Below are positions 1 to 9,287 of a DNA stretch of 64,000 nucleotides, piece by piece (the stretch's first letter is position 1; every line of letters starts with the position of its first letter). This DNA is from Frankiaceae bacterium (lineage in GTDB: Bacteria > Actinomycetota > Actinomycetes > JAFAQI01): NCBI GenBank assembly GCA_025929315.1, contig JAICMI010000003.1:132-64131 (forward strand), in the 5' to 3' direction. Position numbers and translations under genes: made by a program. The notes under the pieces were generated by a model that searched no databases, was not told the DNA's origin, and was given only the letters and a program-made list of their open reading frames with translations.

Positions 1-60
1 GAACAGCAGGTTCAGCCATCTTGCTAGCCCCCAGGGGGAACATGGCACCCGCTGGCTGGA

Positions 61-474
61 GTGCCCACGAATACGTGGACGCTCGCTGCTGAGCAATACG
101 ACTATACCGGTCAATGGGTGCGTCCCCACCTCGATCGAGCGATTAGTTCAGGCCGCCGGTGTCGTCTGACAGATGTGCGGACGACAGACCATCTGTGGCC
201 GCCGGCCGGCCCACGCTCGGTCGTCGTACGGGTCCACGGTGGCTCACCTGACGAGCGTGCGCACCTGTGCGCGCAGGTACGACGCCTGCTCCGGGACGGC
301 GGGATCGACGTCGTCACCTGCGACCTCCGCGACGCGGTTCCTGACCTCGGCGCGATCGACGCTCTCGCTCGCCTTCAGCTCACCGCGAAGCGACTGGGCG
401 GCCGCATCCGGCTGCGTGCCACCGCGCCGGATCTCACCGAGCTCATCGACTGGGTCGGCGTCCCGAGGCGCTAG
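61..474 (+). CDS. STAS-domain-like protein (possible anti-sigma-factor antagonist), hypothetical
   Basis: 137-aa ORF with GTG start. The C-terminal half (VVTCDLRDAVPDLGAIDALARLQLTAKRLGGRIRLRATAPDLTELIDWVG) follows the STAS pattern by eye. It ends 4 nt inside the convergent sigma gene. Confidence 0.4.
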   Translation: MPTNTWTLAAEQYDYTGQWVRPHLDRAISSGRRCRLTDVRTTDHLWPPAGPRSVVVRVHGGSPDERAHLCAQVRRLLRDGGIDVVTCDLRDAVPDLGAIDALARLQLTAKRLGGRIRLRATAPDLTELIDWVGVPRR

Positions 475-1436
475 CCGGCGTAGGTCGGCGGCAGACCGAA
501 ACGCGCGAACAACGTGGTGTCGAAGTCGATGAAGTGGTGCAGGTGCGACACCCGCCCACCGGAGATCTCGATGACCTGGATCGCCCACGGCCGGTAGACG
601 CCGTCGTCGCCGAGCTTGTAGTGCCCGAAGGCCGGCATGTCGTTGGCAACCACCGGCACCAGGTGCGAGTTCTTGCAGCCGATGCCGTGGCCCAAGTAGA
701 AGTCGTGGATGTCGCTGGTGCCTTGGATCCACATCTCGAACGGAGGCATCGAGAAGCTGGCGTCCTCGTGCAGGAGTGAGACGAGCGCGTCAATGTCGTA
801 GGCCTCGAACGCAGCAACGTAACGGCCCAACAACGCCTTGTCCTCGTCGCCGAGCGAGCTCATCCGGCTCGTCTCGACCGACTCGGTGTCCGCCAGCGTC
901 GCGCGGGCGCGTTGAAGAGCACTGTTGACGGACGCGACGGTCGTGTCGAGCAGCTCCGCGACCTCGGTCGCCTGCCACGCCAGCACCTCGCGCAGGATCA
1001 GGACCGCGCGCTGCTTCGGTGGCAAATGCTGAAGCGCGGCGATGAACGCAAGCCGGATCGTGTCCTGCGCCACCGCGCGTTCGGCCGGGTCGACGTCGGC
1101 AGCCGGGATCGGCTCGATCCAGGTCGCTTCCGGAAGGATCTTCTCGGGCGGCGTCGAGGACGGGACCGGAGCGGAGAGGTCCATCGGCAGCGCGCGGCGC
1201 TGACGGCTGCGCAGGCTGTCGAGGCACACGTTGGTCGCGATGCGGTAGAGCCACGAGCGCACGGACGAGCGGCCCTCGAAGGAGTCAGCCGCCTGCCAGG
1301 CGCGGACCATCGTCTCCTGTACGGCGTCATCGGCATCGAACGTCGAGCCGAGCATGCGGTAGCAGTAGCCGATGAGCTCGGACCGGTGCGCCTCGAAGTC
1401 GAGCGTGGCTGTCCCGGACTCCATGACATCGCTCAT
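471..1436 (-). CDS. ECF RNA polymerase sigma factor, SigG/TIGR02960-like, with C-terminal NTF2/SnoaL-like extension
   Basis: 321 aa. Sigma-70 region 2 and 4 motifs are present (ELIGYCYRMLGS, DADDAVQETMVRAW, SWLYRIATNVCLD). A C-terminal extension of about 150 aa follows (YVAAFEAYDIDALVSLLHEDASFSMPP...). ATGA start/stop overlap with the upstream VOC gene at 1433-1436. Confidence 0.9.
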   Translation of the reverse strand: MSDVMESGTATLDFEAHRSELIGYCYRMLGSTFDADDAVQETMVRAWQAADSFEGRSSVRSWLYRIATNVCLDSLRSRQRRALPMDLSAPVPSSTPPEKILPEATWIEPIPAADVDPAERAVAQDTIRLAFIAALQHLPPKQRAVLILREVLAWQATEVAELLDTTVASVNSALQRARATLADTESVETSRMSSLGDEDKALLGRYVAAFEAYDIDALVSLLHEDASFSMPPFEMWIQGTSDIHDFYLGHGIGCKNSHLVPVVANDMPAFGHYKLGDDGVYRPWAIQVIEISGGRVSHLHHFIDFDTTLFARFGLPPTYAG

Positions 1437-1774
1437 GAGCGCTCCCCAACCGGTTGCATCACCTGAACATAGTTGCCGTCGGGGTCGACGAGCGTCCCGA
1501 TTCGGCCGAGTGGGGTCGATTCGACCTCCCGCACCCAGACGACCTCGTGATCGATCAGGCGTCCCTCGATCGCAGCGATGTCGTCGACGGCGAAGGTGAG
1601 GATCAGACGTCCCGGCTCAGCGCTTCGCGCGGCCACATCCCGCTTGTCGATCAGGACGCGCAGGCCGCCGTAGTCGAGCATGCCGTCCGGGTCCGTGGGC
1701 GCGCCGAAGACGCCTGCGTACCACTCCCGCAGGCGCAGCGGATCGGCGCTGCCGACGAGCACGACGCCTCGCAC
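1433..1774 (-). CDS. VOC (glyoxalase/bleomycin-resistance/dioxygenase) family protein
   Basis: 113 aa. Small beta-alpha-beta-beta-beta-type sequence ending in the typical VOC C-terminus LVDPDGNYVQVMQ. Translationally coupled to the sigma gene. Confidence 0.75.
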   Translation of the reverse strand: MRGVVLVGSADPLRLREWYAGVFGAPTDPDGMLDYGGLRVLIDKRDVAARSAEPGRLILTFAVDDIAAIEGRLIDHEVVWVREVESTPLGRIGTLVDPDGNYVQVMQPVGERS

Positions 1775-1845
1775 ATGGATGTAGACGTCCGCTGGGGGTG
1801 AAACTCATCGATGCCCTGCGTGTCCCGTCATGGCGTCCGGGCAGG

Positions 1846-3459
1846 ATGCACCCTGTGTCTGACGCCGTCGTCATCGGAGCAGGACCCAACGGACTCGTCG
1901 CCGCCAACGTGCTGGCCGACGCCGGCTGGGACGTGCTCGTGCTCGAGGAGCAGCCCGAACCCGGCGGTGCGGTTCGTTCCTACGACGGGCCGGCACCCGG
2001 TTACGTCGGCGACTGGTGCAGCGCGTTCTACCCGCTCGCGATTGCCTCTCCGGCGATTCAGCGGCTGCGCCTGGAGGAGCACGGCCTGCGCTGGACGCAC
2101 GCACCGAGCGTGCTTGCGCATCCGATGCCCGACGGCAGCGCCGCCGTTCTGTATCGCGACCTCGAGCGCACCGTCTCCGGTCTCGACAAGCTGAGCAACG
2201 GAGACGGCGCCGCATGGCGTCGCCTCTACGCCGAGTGGGAGCACATCGGCGACGCGTTGCTGGCTGCGTTGTTCACTCCGTTCCCTCCGGTCAAGGCGGG
2301 CCTTCGCCTCGCGAAGCGGCTGGGTGCTCCCGGGATGTTGCGCTTCGCGCGACAGTCGTTGTTGCCGGTACGACGCCTCGCGAAAGAGGAGTTCAGCGGC
2401 GCCGGTGCCGCGCTGCTGCTCGCGGGCTCGGCACTGCATGCCGATCTGAGTCCGGAGGCGGCCGGCAGTGGAACCTTCGGCTGGCTGCTCGCGATGCTCG
2501 GGCAGCACTTCGGTTTCCCGGTGCCGGTCGGCGGAGCGGGTCAGCTCACCACCGCGCTCGTCCGTCGTCTGGAGAGCCGCGGCGGCCGCCTCGAGTGCAA
2601 CGCACCCGTGCGCGAGATCGTCGTACGAAGCGGGCGCGCAGTCGGCGTGCGCACGGCCGATGGACGCACCTTCGACGCAAGACGTGCTGTGCTTGCCGAC
2701 GTCGTCGCCCCGCAGCTCTACGGCGACCTCGTCGCGTGGGAACACCTGCCCGCTCGGCTGCGCGACGACATCCGCCGGTTCGAGTGGGACTTCGCGACGT
2801 TCAAGGTGGACTGGGCACTCGATGCGCCCGTGCCCTGGGCGGCAGAGGGTGCCGTCGGCGCGGGGACGGTGCACGTCGCCGCCGACCTCGACGAGCTGTC
2901 GGCGTTCGCCCAGCAGGTGTCAACCGGCTACGTGCCGGACCGGCCTTTCCTGCTGGTCGGACAGATGACGACAGCAGACTCAACGCGGTCGCCCGCGGGG
3001 ACCGAGTCGCTCTGGGCATACACGCACGTGCCGCGCGAGGTGGTCGGCGATGCGGGCGGCCGGCTCGACGGTCGATGGGACCAGGGCGAGCAGTCCGAGT
3101 TCACCGACCGCATCGAGGCGCAGCTCGAACGGATGGCGCCCGGTTTCGGCGAACACATCGTCGCGCGCAAGGTCAGCGCCCCGCCGGCGATCCAGGCACA
3201 TGACGCGGGCCTCGTCGATGGTGCCCTCAACGGCGGCACAACTGGCATTCACCAACAGCTGGTGTTCCGCCCCACCCCAGCGCTGGGTCGACCCGAGACG
3301 CCGGTGACCGGCCTCTACCTCGCGTCGGCGTCCGCGCATCCGGGCGGCGGCGTGCACGGGGCGTGCGGTTCGAACGCGGCACGTGCGGCGTTACGGGCGC
3401 ATCGGGTCCGGATGCAGTCGGTGGGTGCGTGGGCTACCCGCAAGGCCATCGGGCGATAG
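1846..3459 (+). CDS. NAD(P)/FAD-dependent oxidoreductase, phytoene desaturase (CrtI)-like family
   Basis: N-terminal Rossmann motif VVIGAGPNGLVAANVLADAGWDVLVLEE, about 540 aa. Start placed at ATG 1846; the ORF-track ATG 1798 is also possible. Confidence 0.85.
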   Translation: MHPVSDAVVIGAGPNGLVAANVLADAGWDVLVLEEQPEPGGAVRSYDGPAPGYVGDWCSAFYPLAIASPAIQRLRLEEHGLRWTHAPSVLAHPMPDGSAAVLYRDLERTVSGLDKLSNGDGAAWRRLYAEWEHIGDALLAALFTPFPPVKAGLRLAKRLGAPGMLRFARQSLLPVRRLAKEEFSGAGAALLLAGSALHADLSPEAAGSGTFGWLLAMLGQHFGFPVPVGGAGQLTTALVRRLESRGGRLECNAPVREIVVRSGRAVGVRTADGRTFDARRAVLADVVAPQLYGDLVAWEHLPARLRDDIRRFEWDFATFKVDWALDAPVPWAAEGAVGAGTVHVAADLDELSAFAQQVSTGYVPDRPFLLVGQMTTADSTRSPAGTESLWAYTHVPREVVGDAGGRLDGRWDQGEQSEFTDRIEAQLERMAPGFGEHIVARKVSAPPAIQAHDAGLVDGALNGGTTGIHQQLVFRPTPALGRPETPVTGLYLASASAHPGGGVHGACGSNAARAALRAHRVRMQSVGAWATRKAIGR

Positions 3460-3930
3460 CTCGTCGTACTCGGTCTCGATCAGCTTCGCGAGCCGGTCGA
3501 GCATCCGCCTGTTGCGAATCCGCAACCCGACGTCGACGAGCATGTTATGCAAGTGCGCCCCCGGCCCGCTGAGCGGATGCTCGTCGAGGACCACGACCGT
3601 GTATTCGCCCCACGACCGGATCTCGAACAAGAGCCTGGCCGTGCCGATACGGCCGGCGTGAATCTCGAGCTCGAGCATGTTGGGCGGGTCGATGTTGCGC
3701 ACCGTGGTGCGGTCATCGATCGTCAACGAACCGATACCGAAGGTGAAGTGCAGCTCGCTGCCTACCGCCGGCCAGTCGTCATCGACGGCACGTATTCGCT
3801 TCGTCCCGACAACCCACTCCGCGTAGCGCTCTCCCTTGCTCAGGAAGTCCCAGACCTGCTCGGGCGCACGCTTCACCAGCACGTTGAGCATCGCCACGCA
3901 CCTCGGCATGCCCGCGATTTCTCTGGACAC
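3391..3930 (-). CDS. SRPBCC (START/polyketide-cyclase-like) family protein
   Basis: 179-aa ORF. The sequence VLVKRAPEQVWDFLSKGERYAEWV ... ELHFTFG is typical of SRPBCC ligand-binding proteins. The start may be an internal Met at 3909 or 3891. The 3' end overlaps the convergent oxidoreductase gene by 69 nt. Confidence 0.7.
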   Translation of the reverse strand: MSREIAGMPRCVAMLNVLVKRAPEQVWDFLSKGERYAEWVVGTKRIRAVDDDWPAVGSELHFTFGIGSLTIDDRTTVRNIDPPNMLELEIHAGRIGTARLLFEIRSWGEYTVVVLDEHPLSGPGAHLHNMLVDVGLRIRNRRMLDRLAKLIETEYDELSPDGLAGSPRTHRLHPDPMRP

Positions 3931-3949
3931 ACGCGGGAAGAACTCTGTT

Positions 3950-4276
3950 ATGCCTCAATCAGCCTGGAGCAAGAAACGCGAACGGCAGTACGAGCACATC
4001 AAGGACGGCCTGGAGGACCAGGGCCGTTCGAAGAAGACCGCGAAGCAGATCGCTGCGCGCACCGTCAACAAGGAGCGCGCACGATCCGGCGAGGCCGAGG
4101 AGAAGAGCCGCTCGTCCGTCGACGACATCTCGTCGAGTCGTCGTGGTGGCCTGCGCTCACACAAGGGGTCCGGTGGTCGGACCAAGGAGCAGCTCTACAA
4201 CGAGGCCAAGAAGAAGGGCGTCGAGGGCCGTTCCAAGATGAACAAGGCCCAGCTCGAACGAGCAGTCGGCCGGTAG
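3950..4276 (+). CDS. Small basic protein with C-terminal Rho_N/SAP-like motif
   Basis: 108 aa from ATG 3950 (MPQSAWSKKRERQYEHIKD...). Lys/Arg-rich. The C-terminus TKEQLYNEAKKKGVEGRSKMNKAQLERAV resembles Rho N-terminal-domain proteins common in actinobacteria. Confidence 0.65.
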   Translation: MPQSAWSKKRERQYEHIKDGLEDQGRSKKTAKQIAARTVNKERARSGEAEEKSRSSVDDISSSRRGGLRSHKGSGGRTKEQLYNEAKKKGVEGRSKMNKAQLERAVGR

Positions 4277-4279
4277 CCC

Positions 4280-5227
4280 TCAGCCGGAGCTGCGCTGCCA
4301 CGGCGGGACGGGCGAGGGAATGCGCGCGAGCGCAGTGTCGACCCGGCCGAACCTTTCGCCCTCGCTGTTCCAGTCGAGCCCGGCGGCCGTCACTTCACCC
4401 CTGGTGCGGGCAACGTAGTTCCACCAGATCAGCACGGGTTCGTCGAACGGCACGCCACCGAGCAACAGCAGCCGGGCATCGTCCGTGGCGCTGACCGTGA
4501 GCTCGTCGCGGCCGAGACCCAGATATCCGAGCTGGCCAGGCGCGACGACCGTGTCGTCCACGGCGACCGTTCCGTCGATGACGACAACCGCGTACTCGAA
4601 CTCGGGTCGCAGCCCCCACGCCGAGACTCCGGCGCGCAGCACCGCGTCGATGCCGACCAGGTCGGTGTCTGCGCGGGCCGGTGACATGACGTCGCCGAAC
4701 TCGCCGACGAGCACGGTCGCCTCGCCCGCTCCCAGCGAAACCTGCGGCAGGTCAGCGTGGTGCTCGAAGGCGGGCGGTCCGTGGCGCGTCGCGTCCGGTT
4801 GCGCGACCCACAGCTGCATGCCGTGCAGGTCGCCGCGATATCCGCCGGTCGACTCCTCCGCGTGCGCAACACCGCGACCGGCCGTCATGAGATTGAGCTG
4901 CCCGGGCCTGACCATCTGCTCGGAGCCGAGCGAGTCACGATGAAGAAGCTCGCCGGCGACCAGCCACGTGACGGTGTGCAGTCCGATGTGCGGGTGCGGA
5001 CCGATGTCGACGCCGCGGAACTCGTCGACCGGCGTGGGACCCATGTGGTCGGCGAAACACCAGGCGCCGACGGTACGCCGTCCCCGCCGCGGCAGCACCC
5101 GTCGTACCGGCACATCACCGACCGTGGTCGCCCGTCCGTCGAGGACCTCGATCACAGGAGCGGTGGAATCATCTCCGGGAGTTGCGGGTTGGGCAGGAGT
5201 GTCAGTGACGTCGACAGGACCGCTCAT
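4280..5227 (-). CDS. Pirin family protein
   Basis: 315 aa. Cupin metal motif HPHIGLHTVTWLVAGELLHRDSLG and MTAGRGVAHAEES are present. Confidence 0.9.
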   Translation of the reverse strand: MSGPVDVTDTPAQPATPGDDSTAPVIEVLDGRATTVGDVPVRRVLPRRGRRTVGAWCFADHMGPTPVDEFRGVDIGPHPHIGLHTVTWLVAGELLHRDSLGSEQMVRPGQLNLMTAGRGVAHAEESTGGYRGDLHGMQLWVAQPDATRHGPPAFEHHADLPQVSLGAGEATVLVGEFGDVMSPARADTDLVGIDAVLRAGVSAWGLRPEFEYAVVVIDGTVAVDDTVVAPGQLGYLGLGRDELTVSATDDARLLLLGGVPFDEPVLIWWNYVARTRGEVTAAGLDWNSEGERFGRVDTALARIPSPVPPWQRSSG

Positions 5228-5993
5228 GGAGCCGATGATGCCTAATCAGCTGGACGTTCGCCGAGCCGGCGCCCGCTTCACCACGAAGATCGACTGGCTG
5301 GACTCGAAGCATTCCTTCTCGTTCGGCCATCACTACGACGCGGGCAACACCCACCACGGGCTGCTGCTGGTCAACAACGACGACGTGGTCGCGCCGGGGA
5401 TGGGATTCGAGACGCATCCCCACCGCGACATGGAGATCGTCACCTGGGTCCTGCAGGGTCAGCTCGTGCATCAGGACTCCGAAGGACACAACGGTGTGAT
5501 CTATCCCGGCCTGGCACAACGAATGAGCGCGGGCACCGGCATCTTGCACTCGGAGAAGAACGACGCGTGGCGCCTCACCGGCGCTGCGACTCATGACGAC
5601 CCGGTGCACTTCGTGCAGATGTGGGTCGTGCCCGACGAGGACGGCATCGAGCCCGGTTACGAGCAGCTGGAGATCGCTGCCGAGCTGCTGGCCGGGGGCC
5701 TGGTGCCGGTCGCGTCCGGCATGCCCCAGCACGACGGCGCGAGTGCGATCCGCATCAAGAACAGGTACGCCGCCTTGCACGCGGCGCGGCTGCAGCCCGG
5801 AGGGACAGTGACCCTGCCGGACGCGCCCTACTTGCATCTGTATGTGCCGCGGGGTGCGGTCGCGCTGGAAGGCGCCGGCGAACTGGCAACCGGTGACGCC
5901 GCGCGGCTGACCGGTGTGGGCGGTCAACGAGTGACCGCGACCGAACCGGCGGAGATCCTCGTGTGGGAGATGCACGCCACCCTGGCCGCCTGA
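5226..5993 (+). CDS. Pirin family protein (YhhW/quercetinase-like)
   Basis: Contains SFSFGHHYD, HPHRDMEIVTWVLQGQLVHQDSEG and MSAGTGILHSEKN. Start taken at ATG 5226 (MEPMMPN); 5235 or 5238 are also possible. Confidence 0.9.
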   Translation: MEPMMPNQLDVRRAGARFTTKIDWLDSKHSFSFGHHYDAGNTHHGLLLVNNDDVVAPGMGFETHPHRDMEIVTWVLQGQLVHQDSEGHNGVIYPGLAQRMSAGTGILHSEKNDAWRLTGAATHDDPVHFVQMWVVPDEDGIEPGYEQLEIAAELLAGGLVPVASGMPQHDGASAIRIKNRYAALHAARLQPGGTVTLPDAPYLHLYVPRGAVALEGAGELATGDAARLTGVGGQRVTATEPAEILVWEMHATLAA

Positions 5994-5996
5994 GGG

Positions 5997-6764
5997 CTAG
6001 GGAACCCAGGAAGCCTTCCGCTTCTCGAGGAAGGCAGCCATGCCTTCTTTGCCTTCATCCGACGTGAAGTGTCGACCGGAAAGCTCCAGCATCTGCGCAA
6101 GGTCGTCCTGCATCGACTCCGGCCGCTGCGCGCGCAGCATGGCCTTCGTGGCGGCGAGTGCGATGGGACCGCCGAGAGCGAGCATGTCGGTGTAGCGACG
6201 CACTTCATCGTTGAGGTGTTCACCCGGCACGACGCTGTTGAGCAGGCCGACCTGCACGGCCCGTGCCGCATCGAAGGTCTCGCCGGTGAGGAACAGCTCG
6301 TTGGCCGCGCGCGGCAGAAGCCGCGGCAGGACGGTGACGGAGATGACGGCCGGCACGACGCCGATCCGCACCTCCGTGAACGCGAACGACACCGGGTCCG
6401 CGGCGACCGCGATGTCGGCCGCGGCCACCAAACCGAGCCCGCCGGCGCGCGCCGGACCCGCAAGGCGCGCGACCACCGGCTTCGGTGAGTTCCAGATCGA
6501 CTCGAGGATGCGCGGGAACTCCTGCCCCGCCACCGCGCCCCCGCTCGCTTCTTTGAGATCCATGCCGGAGCAGAAGACCGGACCCGCATGCGTGAGCACG
6601 ATCACGCGCACCGAATCGTCCGCGAACGCCGCATCGAGATGACCGGCGAGCTCCTGCCGGAGCTGGGCGGACAAGGCATTGCGGTTGCTCTGCGAGTCCA
6701 GGGTGATGGTCGCGATGCCGCGCTCGACGTCAAGGTGCACGAGCTCTGTCATGAAGAGGGACAC
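5997..6764 (-). CDS. Enoyl-CoA hydratase/isomerase (crotonase) family protein
   Basis: 255 aa. Contains ITLDSQSNRNAL, VIVLTHAGPVFCSGMDL, and PVVARLAGPARAGGLGLVAAADI (oxyanion-hole region). Confidence 0.9.
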   Translation of the reverse strand: MSLFMTELVHLDVERGIATITLDSQSNRNALSAQLRQELAGHLDAAFADDSVRVIVLTHAGPVFCSGMDLKEASGGAVAGQEFPRILESIWNSPKPVVARLAGPARAGGLGLVAAADIAVAADPVSFAFTEVRIGVVPAVISVTVLPRLLPRAANELFLTGETFDAARAVQVGLLNSVVPGEHLNDEVRRYTDMLALGGPIALAATKAMLRAQRPESMQDDLAQMLELSGRHFTSDEGKEGMAAFLEKRKASWVP

Positions 6765-6861
6765 TAACCGGCGCCCGGCGGAGCACTGCCGTGTGTCATA
6801 CGCGCGAATGACAGGATGGCCACGAGCGCCGGATCACCGACATCACGGAGGGGCTGCACGC

Positions 6862-8295
6862 ATGACGGTGTTGGCGCACGCGTTCGGGCAGCGCTACGAC
6901 CTACCGATCCCGCTGTACTTGTTCGTCGGTGGTGGCGCGCTGGTCGTCATCGTGTCGTTCCTGCTGGTGCTCAACCGGGGTGACGTCGGCGGCGAGTCGC
7001 CGGCGCGCGACGTCCCTGACAGCGCGCACCTGCGCGGCCTGCACCCCGTCGCGGGCATGCTGGCCGTGCTCTGGCTCGCGTTCTTGTGCTGGTGCGCGAT
7101 CGCGGGCAACCAGGAGGTCGCCGAGAACATCATCGACACCTGGTTCTGGATCGTGGTCTGGGTCGCCGTGCCCTTGTCGGTCGCCATCATCGGTGACTGG
7201 ACCCAGCCCGTGAACCCGTTCGCCTTCCTCGCCAAGTTCGCCGACTCCGCGCGAGCGAGGCAGGCGATTCTCGGCGGGCCGCAACCGGTGCGGTGGCCGG
7301 GCTGGGTCGGCTGGTGGCCGGCCGCCATCGTCTTCTTCGTCGTCGCGTGCTTCGAGCTCATCTTCAACCTGTGGGCGACCACCCCGCACGTCACCGGCGA
7401 GCTGCTCGCGATCTACGCGGGCATCTCACTTCTCGGCGGTTTCTTGTTCGGCGAGGAGTGGTTGCGCCGCGGCGAGATGTTCACCGTGCTGTTCGACACC
7501 TGGGGCCGCCTCGGGTTCTTCCGCTTCGGAGCGCCCGGTCGACGCGGGTTCGCAGGCGGACTGGAGCCCGGCTTCTCCCGCCACCCGAGTCGCATCTCGT
7601 TCGTGTTGCTCATGCTCCTCAACGTCAACTACGACGGGCTGCTCTCGACGCCGCAGTGGAACAACGACGTGCTCCGCCATCTCTCGGGCAGCTACGGCAT
7701 CGCAGGGACCGGTCAGCAGCACTGGTTCCTCGTCCTTGCCTTCCTGGCCATGGCGATCGTGCTCGCAACCCTGCTGTTGGGGTTCGCCCACGGCTCGGCG
7801 AAGGCCGGCGAGCACCACACCCGGCCGCTGCGCTCACTCTCCGGCCTGCTGCCGAGCCTGGTGCCCATTGCCTTTGGCTATCTGCTGTCGCACTATCTCG
7901 GCTACCTGATCGTCAACGGTCAGCTGCTCTTCCCGTTGATCGGCAATCCACCCGGACTGGCGAGCTGGCCGATCCATTTGCCGTATCCGTTCAACGACGA
8001 CTACGAGCCCAACCACTCGTTCTTGCCCAACGCGTTCTACTGGTACGTCGCACTCGTCGTCATCATCGCCGTACACATCTTCGCCGTGATCATCGCGCAC
8101 CGGCACCTGATGCGGACCGCCGCGGACGAGCAGAAAAGCCGACGCAGCGAGCTGCCTTGGCTCGCCGCGATGGTCGGCTACACATGCCTGTCGCTGTGGC
8201 TACTCGCTCAGCCCTTCACCGAGACCTCGGCGACTACCTCCGGGAGCAGCGAAGAGTCGGTGGGACCGCCGGCAATCGTCTTGTCCTTGGGGTGA
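6862..8295 (+). CDS. Polytopic membrane protein, unknown function
   Basis: 477 aa from ATG 6862 (MTVLAHAFGQRYDLPIPLYLFVGGGALVVIVSF), with at least 10 hydrophobic segments. The upstream part of the ORF-track ORF overlaps the crotonase gene. The 3' end overlaps the convergent DMT gene by 88 nt. Confidence 0.7.
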   Translation: MTVLAHAFGQRYDLPIPLYLFVGGGALVVIVSFLLVLNRGDVGGESPARDVPDSAHLRGLHPVAGMLAVLWLAFLCWCAIAGNQEVAENIIDTWFWIVVWVAVPLSVAIIGDWTQPVNPFAFLAKFADSARARQAILGGPQPVRWPGWVGWWPAAIVFFVVACFELIFNLWATTPHVTGELLAIYAGISLLGGFLFGEEWLRRGEMFTVLFDTWGRLGFFRFGAPGRRGFAGGLEPGFSRHPSRISFVLLMLLNVNYDGLLSTPQWNNDVLRHLSGSYGIAGTGQQHWFLVLAFLAMAIVLATLLLGFAHGSAKAGEHHTRPLRSLSGLLPSLVPIAFGYLLSHYLGYLIVNGQLLFPLIGNPPGLASWPIHLPYPFNDDYEPNHSFLPNAFYWYVALVVIIAVHIFAVIIAHRHLMRTAADEQKSRRSELPWLAAMVGYTCLSLWLLAQPFTETSATTSGSSEESVGPPAIVLSLG

Positions 8296-9134
8296 CGGGT
8301 CGAGAGCACCGAGCCCGCGATGACGAGTGGGAAGCCGATCGCCATGCCGAGGGTGAAGTGCTCGCCGAGCACCGCGACACCGAGCACGATCGCGACCGCC
8401 GGATTGACATAGGTGATGACCGTCGCGCGCGTCGGCCCCACTTCGGCGATCAGCGCAAAGAAGACGACGAACGCCGCAGCGGTGCACACGACGGCGAGAC
8501 CAACCATCGACGCGATGACCTTGCCACCGACATGATGGGGAAGTGACACCGCTGCCGGCGCCGCCCACACGATGCTGGTGATGGCCAGCGAAGCGGTGGT
8601 CACACCGACCGCCGGGAGGTCGGCCAACCGACGCGTCAAGACCAACGGACCGGCCGCATAGCCGAGTGCGGTGAGCAGTACGGCGAGGACGGCGAGGCCG
8701 TTGACGTGACCGAGCTGTAGCCCGACAAGAGAAATGACCCCGGCGAATCCCAGTCCGAGTCCGAACAGACGCACGCGGTCGAAGACCTCCGTGCTGCCGA
8801 CGAGGCGCGACAGCACGACACCGAACAGCGGCACCGCCGCGATCAACAGACCGGCCAGGGCGCTCGACAAGTGCTCCTCCGCTGTCGAGAGCAGCCACCA
8901 CGGCGCCGTCACTTCGATGACGGTGAACAACAGCAACGGCTTCCATCGGCGGAAAACCTCACCGAGGGCACCTCGCCTGAACGCGATCGGCAACAGCAAC
9001 AACGTTGCCCCCGCCGTGCGGAAGAAGACGACCGCCTCGGGGCTGAGGTCACGCACCGCGACACGGATCAGGAGATAAGGAACTCCCCAGATCACGCACA
9101 TCGCCGCGAAGAGGACCGACCCCCGCCTCGACAC
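8208..9134 (-). CDS. EamA/DMT superfamily transporter
   Basis: 308 aa with about 10 TM segments. N-terminus FAAMCVIWGVPYLLIRVAV is typical of EamA-domain permeases. Confidence 0.85.
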   Translation of the reverse strand: MSRRGSVLFAAMCVIWGVPYLLIRVAVRDLSPEAVVFFRTAGATLLLLPIAFRRGALGEVFRRWKPLLLFTVIEVTAPWWLLSTAEEHLSSALAGLLIAAVPLFGVVLSRLVGSTEVFDRVRLFGLGLGFAGVISLVGLQLGHVNGLAVLAVLLTALGYAAGPLVLTRRLADLPAVGVTTASLAITSIVWAAPAAVSLPHHVGGKVIASMVGLAVVCTAAAFVVFFALIAEVGPTRATVITYVNPAVAIVLGVAVLGEHFTLGMAIGFPLVIAGSVLSTRHPKDKTIAGGPTDSSLLPEVVAEVSVKG

Positions 9135-9155
9135 GCGTCGTACTCCTTCCGCCGC

Positions 9156-9287
9156 TCAGGAGCGGTTTCGATACCAGCCCTCGGTCGGGTCCTGGGCCGT
9201 CGGCCTGGAATCCGCACCGAAGATCGGCGCCAGCACGGCGATCGCGATCAGGATCCCCACCGCCACTGCCAGCCCCAACGCGCTCAT
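9156..9287 (-). CDS. Small single-TM protein (43 aa), hypothetical
   Basis: Hand-translated: MSALGLAVAVGILIAIAVLAPIFGADSRPTAQDPTEGWYRNRS. Too short for the ORF track. Its ATG overlaps the TGA of the upstream small ORF (ATGA at 9284-9287). It ends 21 nt upstream of the DMT gene start. Confidence 0.45.
   Translation of the reverse strand: MSALGLAVAVGILIAIAVLAPIFGADSRPTAQDPTEGWYRNRS

Noticed and set aside
6765-6861. Inverted repeat TGTCA-N10-TGACA and a CRP half-site-like TGTGT upstream of the membrane-protein gene.
   Set aside because: The arms are only 5 bp and it does not fit the TGTGA-N6-TCACA spacing. It is too weak to call.
8208-8295. Convergent gene overlaps of 88 nt (8208-8295), 69 nt (3391-3459) and 32 nt (46577-46608).
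   Set aside because: These are probably just late stop codons in GC-rich DNA, giving non-conserved C-terminal tails. There is no independent sign of antisense regulation. They are noted in the feature evidence only.
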